From: Candidatus Poseidoniaceae archaeon
GTDB lineage: Archaea > Thermoplasmatota > Poseidoniia > Poseidoniales > Poseidoniaceae
Assembly (NCBI GenBank): GCA_965659685.1
Contig: CBFHXB010000007.1
Location: 29,314-93,313, forward strand
Direction of reading: 5' to 3'
Length of the DNA: 64,000 nucleotides
Shown: positions 47,001 through 55,200 of the stretch, one piece after another
Layout of the letters: each line of letters begins with the position of its first letter
Position numbering within the stretch: the stretch's first letter is position 1
The notes under the pieces: model-generated
The model's input: the letters and a program-made list of their open reading frames with translations, nothing else
Told to the model about the DNA's origin: nothing
The model's database searches: none
Translations under genes and position numbers: made by a program

Positions 47001-49798
47001 TCCCCGTGGACGAAGACTTCCTTCTGTCCGACCACCCAACCCTCAACCACTTCGTCGGCTACGTGGCGAAATTTTCCTCTGGAGGAACGGCAGCGAGCTC
47101 GTCTTCCAAGGAGGATTCAGCGTCGGTCCAAACCCCGGCCCCGGCCTCCACGGTGCAAAAGGTGGCCGAAGGGTGCCGACGTTGGCAGGTGGAGATTGAG
47201 CCGTGCCCTGGCGAGGATGCTCCGCTCAGCCTCTCCGGGCGTGTCCTCGTCACCGAGGACGACTGGGGAATTTCCGTTGCGGTGGCCGAGGAATTGACCT
47301 CCAAAGGCTTCGACGTGGTTCACATCGGATTGGAGCCTGGTGCCAAATCGCACCGGATCCAAGAGGAGGGCGATCGCCTCGTTCACCGGGTTGATCCGGC
47401 ATCTTCCGAACAGATGGATGCCTTCGTCGAAGAACTCGGTGAAGGGCCCATTGCAGGCATGATTCATCTGGCGCCCTTGCGCTTGGCCAGCATGGCATGG
47501 GCGGAAGAATCCGGCCCAAGCCAACAGGTCGTGCTCTCAGGACAAGCATGGTTTGGCTTGCTGAAGGCCCTTGACCAGCGTCTGGGTGCTTTGGATGCCG
47601 GAATCGTTGCTTCGGTCAGCGCCATGGACGGCCGTCACGGAAACCGGGGTGACCGGTTCAACGCCTTGCAAGCCGCGGCCGCTGGCGTGACCAAATCCTA
47701 CGCGCATGAGCGCCCTTCCCTGCGCTGCCGTGCATACGACCTTCACCCTGATCTGCTGATGGACGCCTCGTCCACGGCGGCCCGTCTGGTGGACGACCTG
47801 ATGAACCTCGGTGGCGAGGTGGAAATCGGCCTCGATCGAGCGGGCGAGCGGTGGACCCTTGTCTGCTTTGCAGAGGACCTCGTCGAGGACCACAAGCCCT
47901 TGCTTGAGACCGACGTTTGGCTCGTGTCCGGTGGCGGTTCTGGCGTCACTGCAGCGGCCATCATCGGCGTCGCTGAAGCCTCAAAGGGCGCAGGAGCCTC
48001 CTTCCACCTGCTTGGTCGGACCCCGCTGATGGACCTCACCGAAGGCTGGCTTGAGCACGACGATGCGACCTTGGAAGCCGAGAAGATGGCCCTCCGAGAG
48101 CGCATGATCGAAGCTTCTGCTTCGGGGAAGGTCACGATGGTGGAATGGAACCGCGCGTGGGACCGAATGATGCGCTCCCGGGATGTGCAGCAGACCCTTG
48201 CCACCATCCAAGCGACGGGTAACCTCGCGCAATACCACGCTGTGGACGTCATGAACGCGAAATCCCTGACCAAACTTGGGGCAAACCTTGGTCACGCCAT
48301 CACCGGCGTGGTCCACGGAGCAGGACTTGAGGAAAGCAAACTGGTCGGCGACAAAACCCACGAGGCCTTCGATCGCGTGGTTCGCGTGAAGGTCGACGGA
48401 TGGGCGGCCTTGATGGGCGCTGTGGAAGCATCGGGTGTGCGTCACCCCGCCTTTGCGGCCTGCTTCACTTCGGTGGCTGGACGGTTCGGAAACGGCGGCC
48501 AAACGGATTACGCCGCGGCCAACTCTGTGCTCGACGCTGAGATGGCCCGGTTGACCGCAAGCGGTGCTTGCCGTGCCGTCGCCATCGGATGGACCGGATG
48601 GCGCGACGTCGGCATGGCGACGCGTGGTTCGATCGAAGCGGTGTTCGAAGCCGCGGGCATCGAAACCCTTCCCGTGGACGTCGGTGTGGAGTTGTTCGTG
48701 GGTGAAGCCCTAGCGGGCGGCAAGCGCCGTGTGCTCGGTTGCGGCAGCCTTGGCGCCATGGACACCTTCGACGCCTTCCGAGAAGCGCCTCTGAAATTGC
48801 CTCCAAGCATGGCAGGACTCATCGCCGACCCCCAGCGTTTCCCCTTCATCGACAAGGTGGTGGCCTTTGACCACGACGAGCGCATTGAAACGCAAACGAC
48901 GCTGTCAACGGAGTTGCACCCCTTCTTGGTCGACCACGCCATCGACGGTGTGCCGTATCATCCCGGTGTGATGGCGCTAGAGATGTTTGCACAGAACGCT
49001 CTGCTGCTCAAGCCTGAGACGGCTTTGGCGGGCTTCAAAGACGTCACCTTCGGCTTGCCGGTCAAGATCATGCGTGGGTCGATGACGGTTCGCGTTGAAG
49101 CGTCGGTGGAGTCCTCAAGCGACGGCTTGCACGAGGTGCAGTGCCGCTTGGTCTCAGACCTGATGTCGTCGACCGGCGAGGTGTTCGGGGAACGTGAGCA
49201 CCACCGTGCAGTGGTCCGTTTGGTGGACCAAGCCGAGGACTTGAGCGCCTTCTTTGAGGGTGAACTCGCATCGATGCCGGACACCGGTTTGGCTCCGGCT
49301 CCAGGCGATTTGCTTCACCACCCTTCGTTCATTTACCTCCGCTACTTCCACGGACCGCGCTTCCAAAGCCACGGTGGTGTGCTTCGTGGCGTTCAGCAGG
49401 GTGAATTCTTGGGTGTGGACGGGCTTGCCTTGATGCGGCATCAATTGCCCGCGAGCGACCAATTCGCCATCGAGTCTGAAGGCGAAACCGTGCTCCTGGA
49501 AGCCCTACCAATGCTGATCGAGGCCGGATTCCAGAACGCCGGTTTGGTCGCGATGGAATCCGAAGGGCTGAGCAGCCTGCCGGTCGGCATCGAATGGTCG
49601 ACCGTCCTGCGGGTGCCCGACGAAGGCGAATCCCTACGCATGCGCTCCCTGTGCACCGCCAAGGAAGACGGTGGAATCACCGTTCACGACGTGGTCATTT
49701 TCGGTGAAGAGGATGACCCAGTGCTGGCGCTGCGAGGATTGCGCCTCAAGGGCATGGCTCCCGTCCCCGAAGATCTGGCGGTCACCATCCAACGGTGA
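41009..49798 (+). CDS. Type I polyketide/PUFA-synthase-like megasynthase (2929 aa): KS - AT(malonyl) - ACP-like - KS - 3x tandem ACP - KR - DH
   Basis: Directly read motifs. KS1: GPNHAMDAACASSL (Cys227), EAHGTSTKVGD, GHLKAAAG. AT: GHSLGE (Ser735), HAFH. KS2: GPNSTINVACASA, KGFTGHPMGVG. Three ~75-aa repeats: EHTGYPxxFIExDQDLEGELGIDTVKQAEIM separated by Pro/Ala-rich linkers. KR: VSGGGSGVT Rossmann and YAAAN. PKS-type DH: LVDHAIDGVPYHPG. RBS GGAGTGAGGTGGG lies upstream of ATG 41009. Confidence 0.9.
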   Translation: MTITTADGKEVGGTDQGPFEPIAIIGCSALMPDAEDTASFWQNIIDAHVSIRDLPEGRWPGPVEQFWAEGAPGQVVENRTYAKIGAFVEGFEFNWRRWRQPPGTLPQIDPCQLWAVEVAASALEHAGYGDDGRPLDRSRVGVVFANALGGENRNESNQRVWAERNRALAIEAGLPEASSDAFVAAMVEGAPKITEDTMPGELANVVSGRVANLLDLQGPNHAMDAACASSLAALLDACRLLHARQVDAMICGASDRTMDPATYAKFSAIGALSPSHSTPFDARANGFVMGEGAGAMVLKRLSDAVRDEDEIFAVIRGIGGSSDGRGKGITAPSQRGQIQAIARAYNQAGYAASSVELVEAHGTSTKVGDATELSTLGTLWTGLGAGDHVAVGSIKSQIGHLKAAAGMAGLLKVTMALHHATIPPSAGFETPNPTVDWSTNPFFVPTEPMAWPKPDGHPRRAGVSAFGFGGTNFHVALEAFDPELHTSMGATWASRWDAFTGTPSAPSAASILDASATPSLDHAALKAIEGGLLLLSGDSVEAVSGRLAGLSVSGPTFDDDARGHRLSAVFADWSASFDPKASVRLAVVATSWAEFDKRKGLAASSLADPSRWGFLAAQGIMITDQPPMPAQAKVAHMYPGQGSQYVGMTQDLWQRFSAVQDVWRLADETMVEVLDGETLSSFVLRSNLSKEEMKDAEEKLKRTEYTQPAMLTADLAIERALNDHGLKPDMVAGHSLGEYAALMSAGIMDMDSALRAAAARGTEMGSVEIDDQGLMASVSAPLADVERILEGTDGYVIAANKNSPKMTVIAGETAPVKAAMAAFEAESMPCTVLQTSHAFHSKIVAPANAPLRAFLEGLDLQWPSIPITANVDGTFYAMEGEDAKTAVLEKLAGQMASAVEWTAQIETMAAAGAGAFVEVGPKRALTVFASQILEDRPHLAVMTNHPKQGGIASFLSALGMLALAGRVPSLPNGSSDVLTEAFRAGPTEAWASASAQPVRSSEAHEDLRTRARPLPSNGGTPAVAQAVTTTATKPVDPAEALAAYVGDRLAALCGYPARFCRGAVDLRLGLGMTDASVASVVQRLRSEASLDPDVDIAGAQTPAELVRAVRAPPAGWIPAAPATRRPITTTAVTNAVHDPMADRRANPYVITGVSLGLPGGERVFDEDVFERLVRGETCIEEVSDAYKQALLDRNIVRLVKGRDGSVDMSPAETFGDIPQLAGVAHAFDLAEEFGVDPKAVLAWDITTQLAVASGLLALRDAAIPLTPEEQVGKGGLRLIRGWQVPQHQRERTGVVFASCFPGTTASFAHARNNGADADDVFDRRFLFQVLNMGHAQFAQHTGIRGPNSTINVACASATAAFSIAEDWLANDRADRVVIISSDNVTSPELWSWIGAGFAASGAASSSNVVEEAALPFDRRRNGLILGMGAAAFVVERNAEAAERGVQPYAELLGTRMANSAFHGTRLDVDHVAQTVDGFVGQMERTWGLDRHSMAPNTVFFSHETYTPARGGSAQSEVKALRTTFGESTDKILIANTKGFTGHPMGVGIEDASMIHGLHHRRFPPIANHKEVDPELGNLNLSKGGNIDGIEYGIRFGAGFGSQIALSLVRRWPVEGERVNGKAVLAWNRRLAGTNDVLLRVLDNKLVAYVDGESNLHGGVQGDEWGPSAPFEGLVDEPEVAPAPAPAPTPTPAAPAPAPKAAPMAVASDDEVTAAMIEVVVEHTGYPAEFIEMDQDLEGELGIDTVKQAEIMAALRDRFSLPVDEDFVLSDHPTLNHMLAYLTRMQGGEAPAVAAPRDVPAPAPAPAPAPAKTEPAPAPAPAPAPAADAGDLVDTVVAVVVEHTGYPADFIELDQDLEGELGIDTVKQAEIMADIRARFSLPIDEDFLLSDHPTLNHMVAYIQRMTGGDAPAPPAAATTPEPAAAPASAPAQEPEAAPPAPAPSGDDGSIAARLVEVVVKHTGYPEDFIELDQDLEGELGIDTVKQAEIMADVRAIFDLPVDEDFLLSDHPTLNHFVGYVAKFSSGGTAASSSSKEDSASVQTPAPASTVQKVAEGCRRWQVEIEPCPGEDAPLSLSGRVLVTEDDWGISVAVAEELTSKGFDVVHIGLEPGAKSHRIQEEGDRLVHRVDPASSEQMDAFVEELGEGPIAGMIHLAPLRLASMAWAEESGPSQQVVLSGQAWFGLLKALDQRLGALDAGIVASVSAMDGRHGNRGDRFNALQAAAAGVTKSYAHERPSLRCRAYDLHPDLLMDASSTAARLVDDLMNLGGEVEIGLDRAGERWTLVCFAEDLVEDHKPLLETDVWLVSGGGSGVTAAAIIGVAEASKGAGASFHLLGRTPLMDLTEGWLEHDDATLEAEKMALRERMIEASASGKVTMVEWNRAWDRMMRSRDVQQTLATIQATGNLAQYHAVDVMNAKSLTKLGANLGHAITGVVHGAGLEESKLVGDKTHEAFDRVVRVKVDGWAALMGAVEASGVRHPAFAACFTSVAGRFGNGGQTDYAAANSVLDAEMARLTASGACRAVAIGWTGWRDVGMATRGSIEAVFEAAGIETLPVDVGVELFVGEALAGGKRRVLGCGSLGAMDTFDAFREAPLKLPPSMAGLIADPQRFPFIDKVVAFDHDERIETQTTLSTELHPFLVDHAIDGVPYHPGVMALEMFAQNALLLKPETALAGFKDVTFGLPVKIMRGSMTVRVEASVESSSDGLHEVQCRLVSDLMSSTGEVFGEREHHRAVVRLVDQAEDLSAFFEGELASMPDTGLAPAPGDLLHHPSFIYLRYFHGPRFQSHGGVLRGVQQGEFLGVDGLALMRHQLPASDQFAIESEGETVLLEALPMLIEAGFQNAGLVAMESEGLSSLPVGIEWSTVLRVPDEGESLRMRSLCTAKEDGGITVHDVVIFGEEDDPVLALRGLRLKGMAPVPEDLAVTIQR
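41066..42442 (+). other. Ketosynthase domain 1 (KS1) of megasynthase; active-site Cys codon TGT at 41687-41689
   Basis: Motifs listed above; ends with AFGFGGTNFHVALE. Confidence 0.85.
42914..43813 (+). other. Acyltransferase domain (malonyl-CoA specific); Ser codon TCC at 43211-43213
   Basis: GQGSQ…GHSLGE…HAFH; approximate borders. Confidence 0.8.
44111..44338 (+). other. ACP-like helical domain between AT and KS2 (LGLGMTDASVASVVQRL)
   Basis: Resembles the PKS ACP LGxDSLxAVEL core with a DAS motif; assignment tentative. Confidence 0.35.
44450..45838 (+). other. Ketosynthase domain 2 (KS2), retains Cys and both His motifs
   Basis: YVITGVSLGLPGG start, INVACASATAAF, FFSHETYTP, KGFTGHPMGVG, GAGFGSQIALSL end. 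Confidence 0.75.
46130..47068 (+). repeat. Three tandem ~340-bp direct repeats encoding ACP domains (46130-46354, 46502-46717, 46847-47068), each with Thr (ACC) at the canonical Ser position of the LGID(S) motif
   Basis: Nucleotide repeats ~85-90% identical. Thr codons read at 46238-46240, 46598-46600 and 46952-46954. Confidence 0.85.
47906..48613 (+). other. Ketoreductase domain (SDR); catalytic Tyr codon TAC at 48509-48511
   Basis: VSGGGSGVTAAAIIG…YAAAN. Confidence 0.75.
48821..49795 (+). other. PKS-type dehydratase (double hotdog) domain
   Basis: HxxxGxxxxP motif LVDHAIDGVPYHPG in the first hotdog half. Confidence 0.65.
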
Positions 49799-50580
49799 TG
49801 CCGATGGAACGTGTCGTGCCGGAGTGGTCCGGCCTCGGGGTGCCGGTTCACCTCGTCCACCTTGCTCCGCTTCCGGCAACCCTTCCCGGACAGGACGATG
49901 GGTTGCCAGCCTTGGTGGATCCCGAGGAGTGGTCCACGTTCAAGACCGATAAACGACGTGTGGAGCATCTGGGGGGGCGTCTTCTTTTGGCGGCCTCGAT
50001 GGACGCTTGGTGGCGCATGCACCGCTTCCTTGGACGCGTGGATGAACTGGACGTGGTCCGGGATGCACATCGCGCTCCATACTTGCGTTGGCGCTCAGGC
50101 GTGTGGAGGCAGGCGCCGCTTCCTGGTCTCTCCATCGGTCACAGTGAAGGGCGTGCTGTGGTCGGTTTGGTGGCACCCGGTTGGAGCATCGGCGTCGACG
50201 CTGAACCCGCCGACCGCCGCATCGCCGAGGGCGCATGGGACATGTTTGCCTCTGCGGAGGAACGGGCCTCCTTTGACGGGAACCCGAAGGCTGCATTGCG
50301 GGCTTGGGTGACCAAGGAGGCCGTTCAGAAGGCCTTGGGCTTGGGCATGCACCTGAATCCTCGGCACATCGTTCCGGACGGCAACCGTTTCGTTCACGAC
50401 GGGGCCACGGTGGACCTCAGTTGGTTGGAGTCAGACGGGATGCTTGTTTGCGTGGCCTTGGCTCCGGGTCGTGCACCGCCGTCAACGCCAGAGGACGCCG
50501 TCCTGGAAGCGACGAAGGCGGCGATGGACGAGGACCCAGCGTGGGGCGTGGGGTGCAAAACCACACGGAACTTGTGTTGA
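49798..50580 (+). CDS. 4'-phosphopantetheinyl transferase (Sfp/EntD type)
   Basis: GVDAE…WVTKEAVQKALG motifs. ATG 49798-49800 overlaps the megasynthase TGA (TGATG), indicating translational coupling. Confidence 0.75.
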   Translation: MPMERVVPEWSGLGVPVHLVHLAPLPATLPGQDDGLPALVDPEEWSTFKTDKRRVEHLGGRLLLAASMDAWWRMHRFLGRVDELDVVRDAHRAPYLRWRSGVWRQAPLPGLSIGHSEGRAVVGLVAPGWSIGVDAEPADRRIAEGAWDMFASAEERASFDGNPKAALRAWVTKEAVQKALGLGMHLNPRHIVPDGNRFVHDGATVDLSWLESDGMLVCVALAPGRAPPSTPEDAVLEATKAAMDEDPAWGVGCKTTRNLC

Positions 50581-52002
50581 TCAACCGACGTTCCGGATTT
50601 CCGGCGTTTGGTCGGCAAAGAGGAACTCCAGCATGGCCGCCCACATGACGAACTCGATGCTTTCCTCCAGCTTGTCTTGGCCACCAACCACGTCCATCAT
50701 GTTCTCGAGCGTGTCGGAGGGGGAGTGGTAAGCGTCGTAGTCGTCGTCGTATGCACCGAGGTGGAAGATGGTCTGAGCGCCCAAGTCACGGAAGGTGACG
50801 TGGTCGCTTCGTCCGAAGGTGTCCTCATGAACGTCCATGACCAAATCCGAGTGGTTGTCCCAATGTTGGTCGCAACCTGCGCCGTAACTGCCGTCAATCC
50901 TCAGGTCCATGGGCGCTTTCAGGACGTTGCGGTGCACGTGGTCCAGGATGCTGGTGATGGCCACGTCCTGCTCGTCGGGATCGATGTCAGGGCCGGACCA
51001 TGCATGGTAGGGGTAGGGCTCGCCGGTGGGCTTGATGGCGGGCCATGAAATGCCCATCATGTCCATGTTGATGTAGAAGCGGAGTTCCTTGTCTTGAGGT
51101 AGGCAGTAGCCACAATCGTTGGTGGCAAATGCATTCGAACCGCGCAACCCTTCCTCCTCGGACGACCAGAGCGCGAGGAAGGTGTCGCATTCCACCTCAA
51201 GCTCTGCGAGGACCTTGGCATAGAGCATCATCGTCACCGTGCCAGCAGTGTTGTCGTAGGCACCTTCGTGGGTGCCACCGCCAGGAGGTCCACCGGGGGG
51301 CGCGATGTCCATGTGGCCGCCCATGCCTTGGACGCAGGAGTCGTCACGGCCATCCTTCCACGCAATGACGTTCAACGATTCTGGCTGGCTTGGATTGAGA
51401 TGGTCGGTCACCCGAAGCATGTAGGTGCGGTAGCCGAGGCTCTCGAAGTGGCCTTGGAAGTAGGCGGCTCCACGCTCGTAGGCTGGATTTCCGGCGCCCA
51501 TCCAGCGGTCGTTGTAACCGCCGCATTCCGCAGACGGACGTCCGTCAACGACGGGGTCGCAGGTGATGTAGTCCATCTTCTCGAACCACTCTTGGCCGTT
51601 GACGATCGGCGTGCCGTTCGCCACGGGCAACTCAAAGGTCGTCTTCCTGCCGTTTTGGTCGTAAATCGTCAGGACCACTTCCTCCGTGTAGGGTGTGGTC
51701 AGGAGGCGGAAGGCCAGGCGATCGCCGTCCACGGGCACTGAACTGTCCAAATCCATCGAACCGTTCACGAACAAAAACACGTCATGGGCCGGTGCGGAGA
51801 GCCGCAATCCTTCGCCGATGAGCAGCAGGTCGTGCCATTCGCCAAGGAGGACGGTGACGTCGGTGGCCGGCAAGCCGTCGATGGTCAAGGTGGCATCGGC
51901 GTCGATGACTTCCTCCTCCGGCGTACCGCCAATGCAGCCAGACAGGGGCCCAAGGAGCATGAGCGCGATGAGCAAGAGTGCGGAAGACATCTTCGCTGCC
52001 AT
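50581..52002 (-). CDS. Secreted M28-family Zn aminopeptidase lipoprotein
   Basis: Signal plus lipobox (LLGPLSGC). M28 metal ligands (H…D…EE…D…H pattern; …WSSEEEGLRGS…). Confidence 0.7.
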   Translation of the reverse strand: MAAKMSSALLLIALMLLGPLSGCIGGTPEEEVIDADATLTIDGLPATDVTVLLGEWHDLLLIGEGLRLSAPAHDVFLFVNGSMDLDSSVPVDGDRLAFRLLTTPYTEEVVLTIYDQNGRKTTFELPVANGTPIVNGQEWFEKMDYITCDPVVDGRPSAECGGYNDRWMGAGNPAYERGAAYFQGHFESLGYRTYMLRVTDHLNPSQPESLNVIAWKDGRDDSCVQGMGGHMDIAPPGGPPGGGTHEGAYDNTAGTVTMMLYAKVLAELEVECDTFLALWSSEEEGLRGSNAFATNDCGYCLPQDKELRFYINMDMMGISWPAIKPTGEPYPYHAWSGPDIDPDEQDVAITSILDHVHRNVLKAPMDLRIDGSYGAGCDQHWDNHSDLVMDVHEDTFGRSDHVTFRDLGAQTIFHLGAYDDDYDAYHSPSDTLENMMDVVGGQDKLEESIEFVMWAAMLEFLFADQTPEIRNVG

Positions 52003-52107
52003 GGGAACGCTTGGTGGTCCGTGGCCCGGTTCCTAAGGACTTCGCCATGTCGCTTGCTCAGCCGATGACCTCAAGACGGGCGGTCAACACGGAGGGCCAC
52101 AACGCCA

Positions 52108-52179
52108 GCGGATATGGTGAAGTGGTTATCATCTGAGGTTTCCAACCTTATGTCGTGGGTTCGACTCCCGCTATCCGCA
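52108..52179 (+). tRNA. tRNA-Gly (anticodon TCC)
   Basis: Manually folded cloverleaf. Acceptor stem GCGGATA/TATCCGC, anticodon stem TGAGG/CCTTA with loop TTTCCAA (TCC), T-arm GGGTTCGACTCCC, discriminator A. No encoded CCA. Confidence 0.85.
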
Positions 52180-52193
52180 CTCAGCCTTGCAGT

Positions 52194-52211
52194 CTCGTGA
52201 TTACACACGAG
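52194..52211. terminator. Hairpin CTCGTG-ATTACA-CACGAG between tRNA-Gly 3' end and the convergent protease gene stop
   Basis: Perfect 6-bp inverted repeat read directly. No strong oligo-T tract, so terminator function is uncertain. Confidence 0.2.
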
Positions 52212-52216
52212 GTATT

Positions 52217-55200
52217 CTACTGCGGTGGCCGTTGGTTTAGGCCAGGAATGCCTTGTGGTGGCGGTGGAGTTGACGACACTGGAGGGGCCGTTCTCCGGCG
52301 CTCCAACAAGGCCATGGCGAGGGCTTCACGCTCTTCCTGCCAGCGGGTCCGGATGCGCCGTCCTCGCACGAGCATCCCGAGGAGCAAGACGATGAGCAAG
52401 ACTTGTCCGAGGGCCACTTGACCACGTTCGTCGTCGACCCACCATGACACATCGGTCCACGCGGTTTGGGTGGGTGCATCGACCTCCAACAACCGGCTGT
52501 CGATGACCTCGACCTTCAGCGTCACGTCGTCCATGGCAGCGTTGCTGCCGGGTTCGAGCACCGTGATCACCAGATCGATCGGCACGGTGCGGGCCACTTC
52601 CGTTTGGAACCAGAGGGTTGCGTTCTCCGCTTCTGGCGTGATGACCACGGTTTGGGAGCGCGCTCCTCCGAAGAGATCGGCTCCGCCGTCCCACGTGACG
52701 CGTGCGGTCACTGGAACTTGCATCTCATGGGTGACCGTGCATGTGAAGGCAAACTTCGGCCCAACGGCGAGGTCGACCACGGGGTCCACCAGTTCACAGG
52801 CCAGGCTGGCTTCGGCGATGTTCCGAGTGGCATCTTGCGGCCAGTGGTCGGGCGATTCGGCGCCGAGGGCGTTGTTATCACCGTATCCGTCGCCGTCGCT
52901 GTCCACGTGCTGTGTCGGAAGGTCTGGGAAGGCGTCTTCGGTGTCGGCCCATCCGTCCTCGTCGCGGTCCACGCACCCAAGGACGCCCGCTTGACTGGAC
53001 GCACCGGCCTCGTTCGGGCAGTCGTCAGACACGGCGGTTCCTGTTTGGTCCGCAAAGCCGTCCCCGTCTTGGTCCGACCAAACCGAACCGTCAGAAGGCC
53101 ACGGGTCGTTTTCGTCGCTCTGACCGTCGCCGTCGCTGTCAGGGCATCCGTAGCGGTCGAGGGTCGAGGTCCCGGACGTGCCAGGGCAGGCATCGGGTTG
53201 TTCCCCGGACGCCAGGTCGCCGTAGCCGTCGTCGTCCGAATCGCCAATCTGCGTGGGATCGTTCGGGAATTCATCACCCTCATCCGACGCTCCGTCTCCG
53301 TCGCTGTCCGGGCAACCGAAGCGGTCGTAGGTGGACGCGCCGGCCACCGTTGGGCAGGCATCGGGCTGCTCGCCGCTGGCGTTGTCGCCGTATCCGTCGC
53401 CGTCTTGGTCCGCGAATTGAGTGGGATCGTTCGGGAAGGGGTCGGCGCCGGCGTCAAGCCGGACTTCGCCGATGCCGTTCTCGCCGGCTTGGGCGTCGGC
53501 GACACCGTCGCCGTCAGCATCAGGGCAACCGGTCACCGGGCTGGTTGAGGTTCCGGCCAAGGCGGGGCAACCGTCGCTTGGGTCGTCGATTCCGTCGCCG
53601 TCGGTGTCCGCGGTTCGGCTTGGATCATTCGGGAAGGCGTCCCCTAGATCTGAGACGCCATCGCCGTCAGCGTCGGGGCATCCGTAGCGGTCAACGGTCG
53701 AGGTTCCGGATGCTCCGGGGCAGGCATCAGGTTGGGGACCTGTGGCGTTGTCGCCGTACCCGTCACCGTCTTGATCCGACCACTGCGAAGGCAGGTTTGG
53801 GAGCACGTCAATGGCGTCGTCCCACCCGTCACCGTCCGTATCTGGGCAACCATAACGGTTGGCTGCGGTGGAGTTTCCTGGCACGCTCGGGCAAGCGTCG
53901 GGCATGGTGCCGCCGGAGTTGTCGAAGTAACCGTCGCCGTCCGAATCGGCCCATTGGGTCCCGTCGTTGGGTGCTTGGTCTTCAGCGTTCGACCATCCGT
54001 CACCGTCCGTGTCTGGGCAACCAAGCGTCCCGTTCTGCCATGACGCGCCCGCTTCCGTGGGGCAGGCGTCCGGAAGGGTTCCGGTGGCGTTGTCGCCGTA
54101 CCCGTCTCCGTCCTGATCGACCCACTGGGTCCCGTCCATGACGAATGCATCGGCCCCGTCCGCGACGGTCCACACGCCGTCGGGATCCGACCAACCGTCG
54201 CTGTCCCTGTCTGGACATCCCTGCCGGTCCATGGAGGAGGTTCCTGCCGCGTTCGGGCAGGCGTCGTCGATGGTGTCGTCGTATCCGTCGCCATCGGTGT
54301 CCGCCCATCGCGATGCATCGCTTGGGAAGGCGTCAGCTCCGTCGAGCAAGGTCCAGCCTGCATCCTCATCGGAGTATCCGTCGCCGTCGGTGTCTGGGCA
54401 ACCCGAGCGGTCAACGGTTGACGTTCCCGTGACGCCTGGGCATGCGTCTCCTGAGGTGCCTGACGGGTTATCGCCGAATCCATCGTTGTCTGCGTCCACC
54501 CATTGGGTGGCATCGGACGGCCATTGGTCGGCTCCTTGGGCCACCGTCCAGCCGCTGTCCGCATCCGAGTAGCCGTCTCCGTCGGTGTCGGGGCATCCAA
54601 GCCTGTCGTTGGACGATGTTCCTGCCGTGCTGGGACAGCCGTCAGGATTGACGCCGGCGGAGTTGTCGCCGTACCCGTCCAGATCGCTGTCGGCCCATTG
54701 GGTCGATTCGTAGGGGAAGGAATCGTCAACATCAGCCCAGCCGTCTCCGTCGCTGTCGGGACATCCCAAACGGTTGGCTTCGGTTGAGGTCCCGGGCACG
54801 GTTGGACAAGCGTCGGGTTGTGTTCCGGTGGCGTTGTCGCCGTATCCGTCTCCGTCCTGATCGGCCCATTGTGTTCCGTCGTTTGGGAAAGCATCAGCGC
54901 CTTCAGCGGTTCCAAATCCGGCGTCTGGATCAGAATAGGTGTCGCCGTCTGTGTCCGGGCAACCGAGCCGGTCCGCCGACGAGTCACCGAACTGGCTTGG
55001 GCAACCGTCTGGGTCGGTTGCTGGGGCAGGATTGTCTCCGAAACCGTCACCGTCGCTGTCGGACCACTGGGTGGCGTCCCCGAGGAAAGCGTCCGCTCCG
55101 TCACCGACGACCCACGCGCTGCCGTTCGAGGCATCTGAGCCCGTTGGGTCCGGATCCGATGCGCCGTCGCCGTCCTCGTCGGCACACCCGTTCCGGTCCC

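Noticed and set aside
46130-47068. Possible CRISPR array (regular ~340-bp repeats)
   Set aside because: Repeats are far too long, imperfect, in-frame and encode ACP domains with Pro/Ala linkers. The same applies to the 52.7-55.5 kb array (TSP3 repeats). No cas genes are present.
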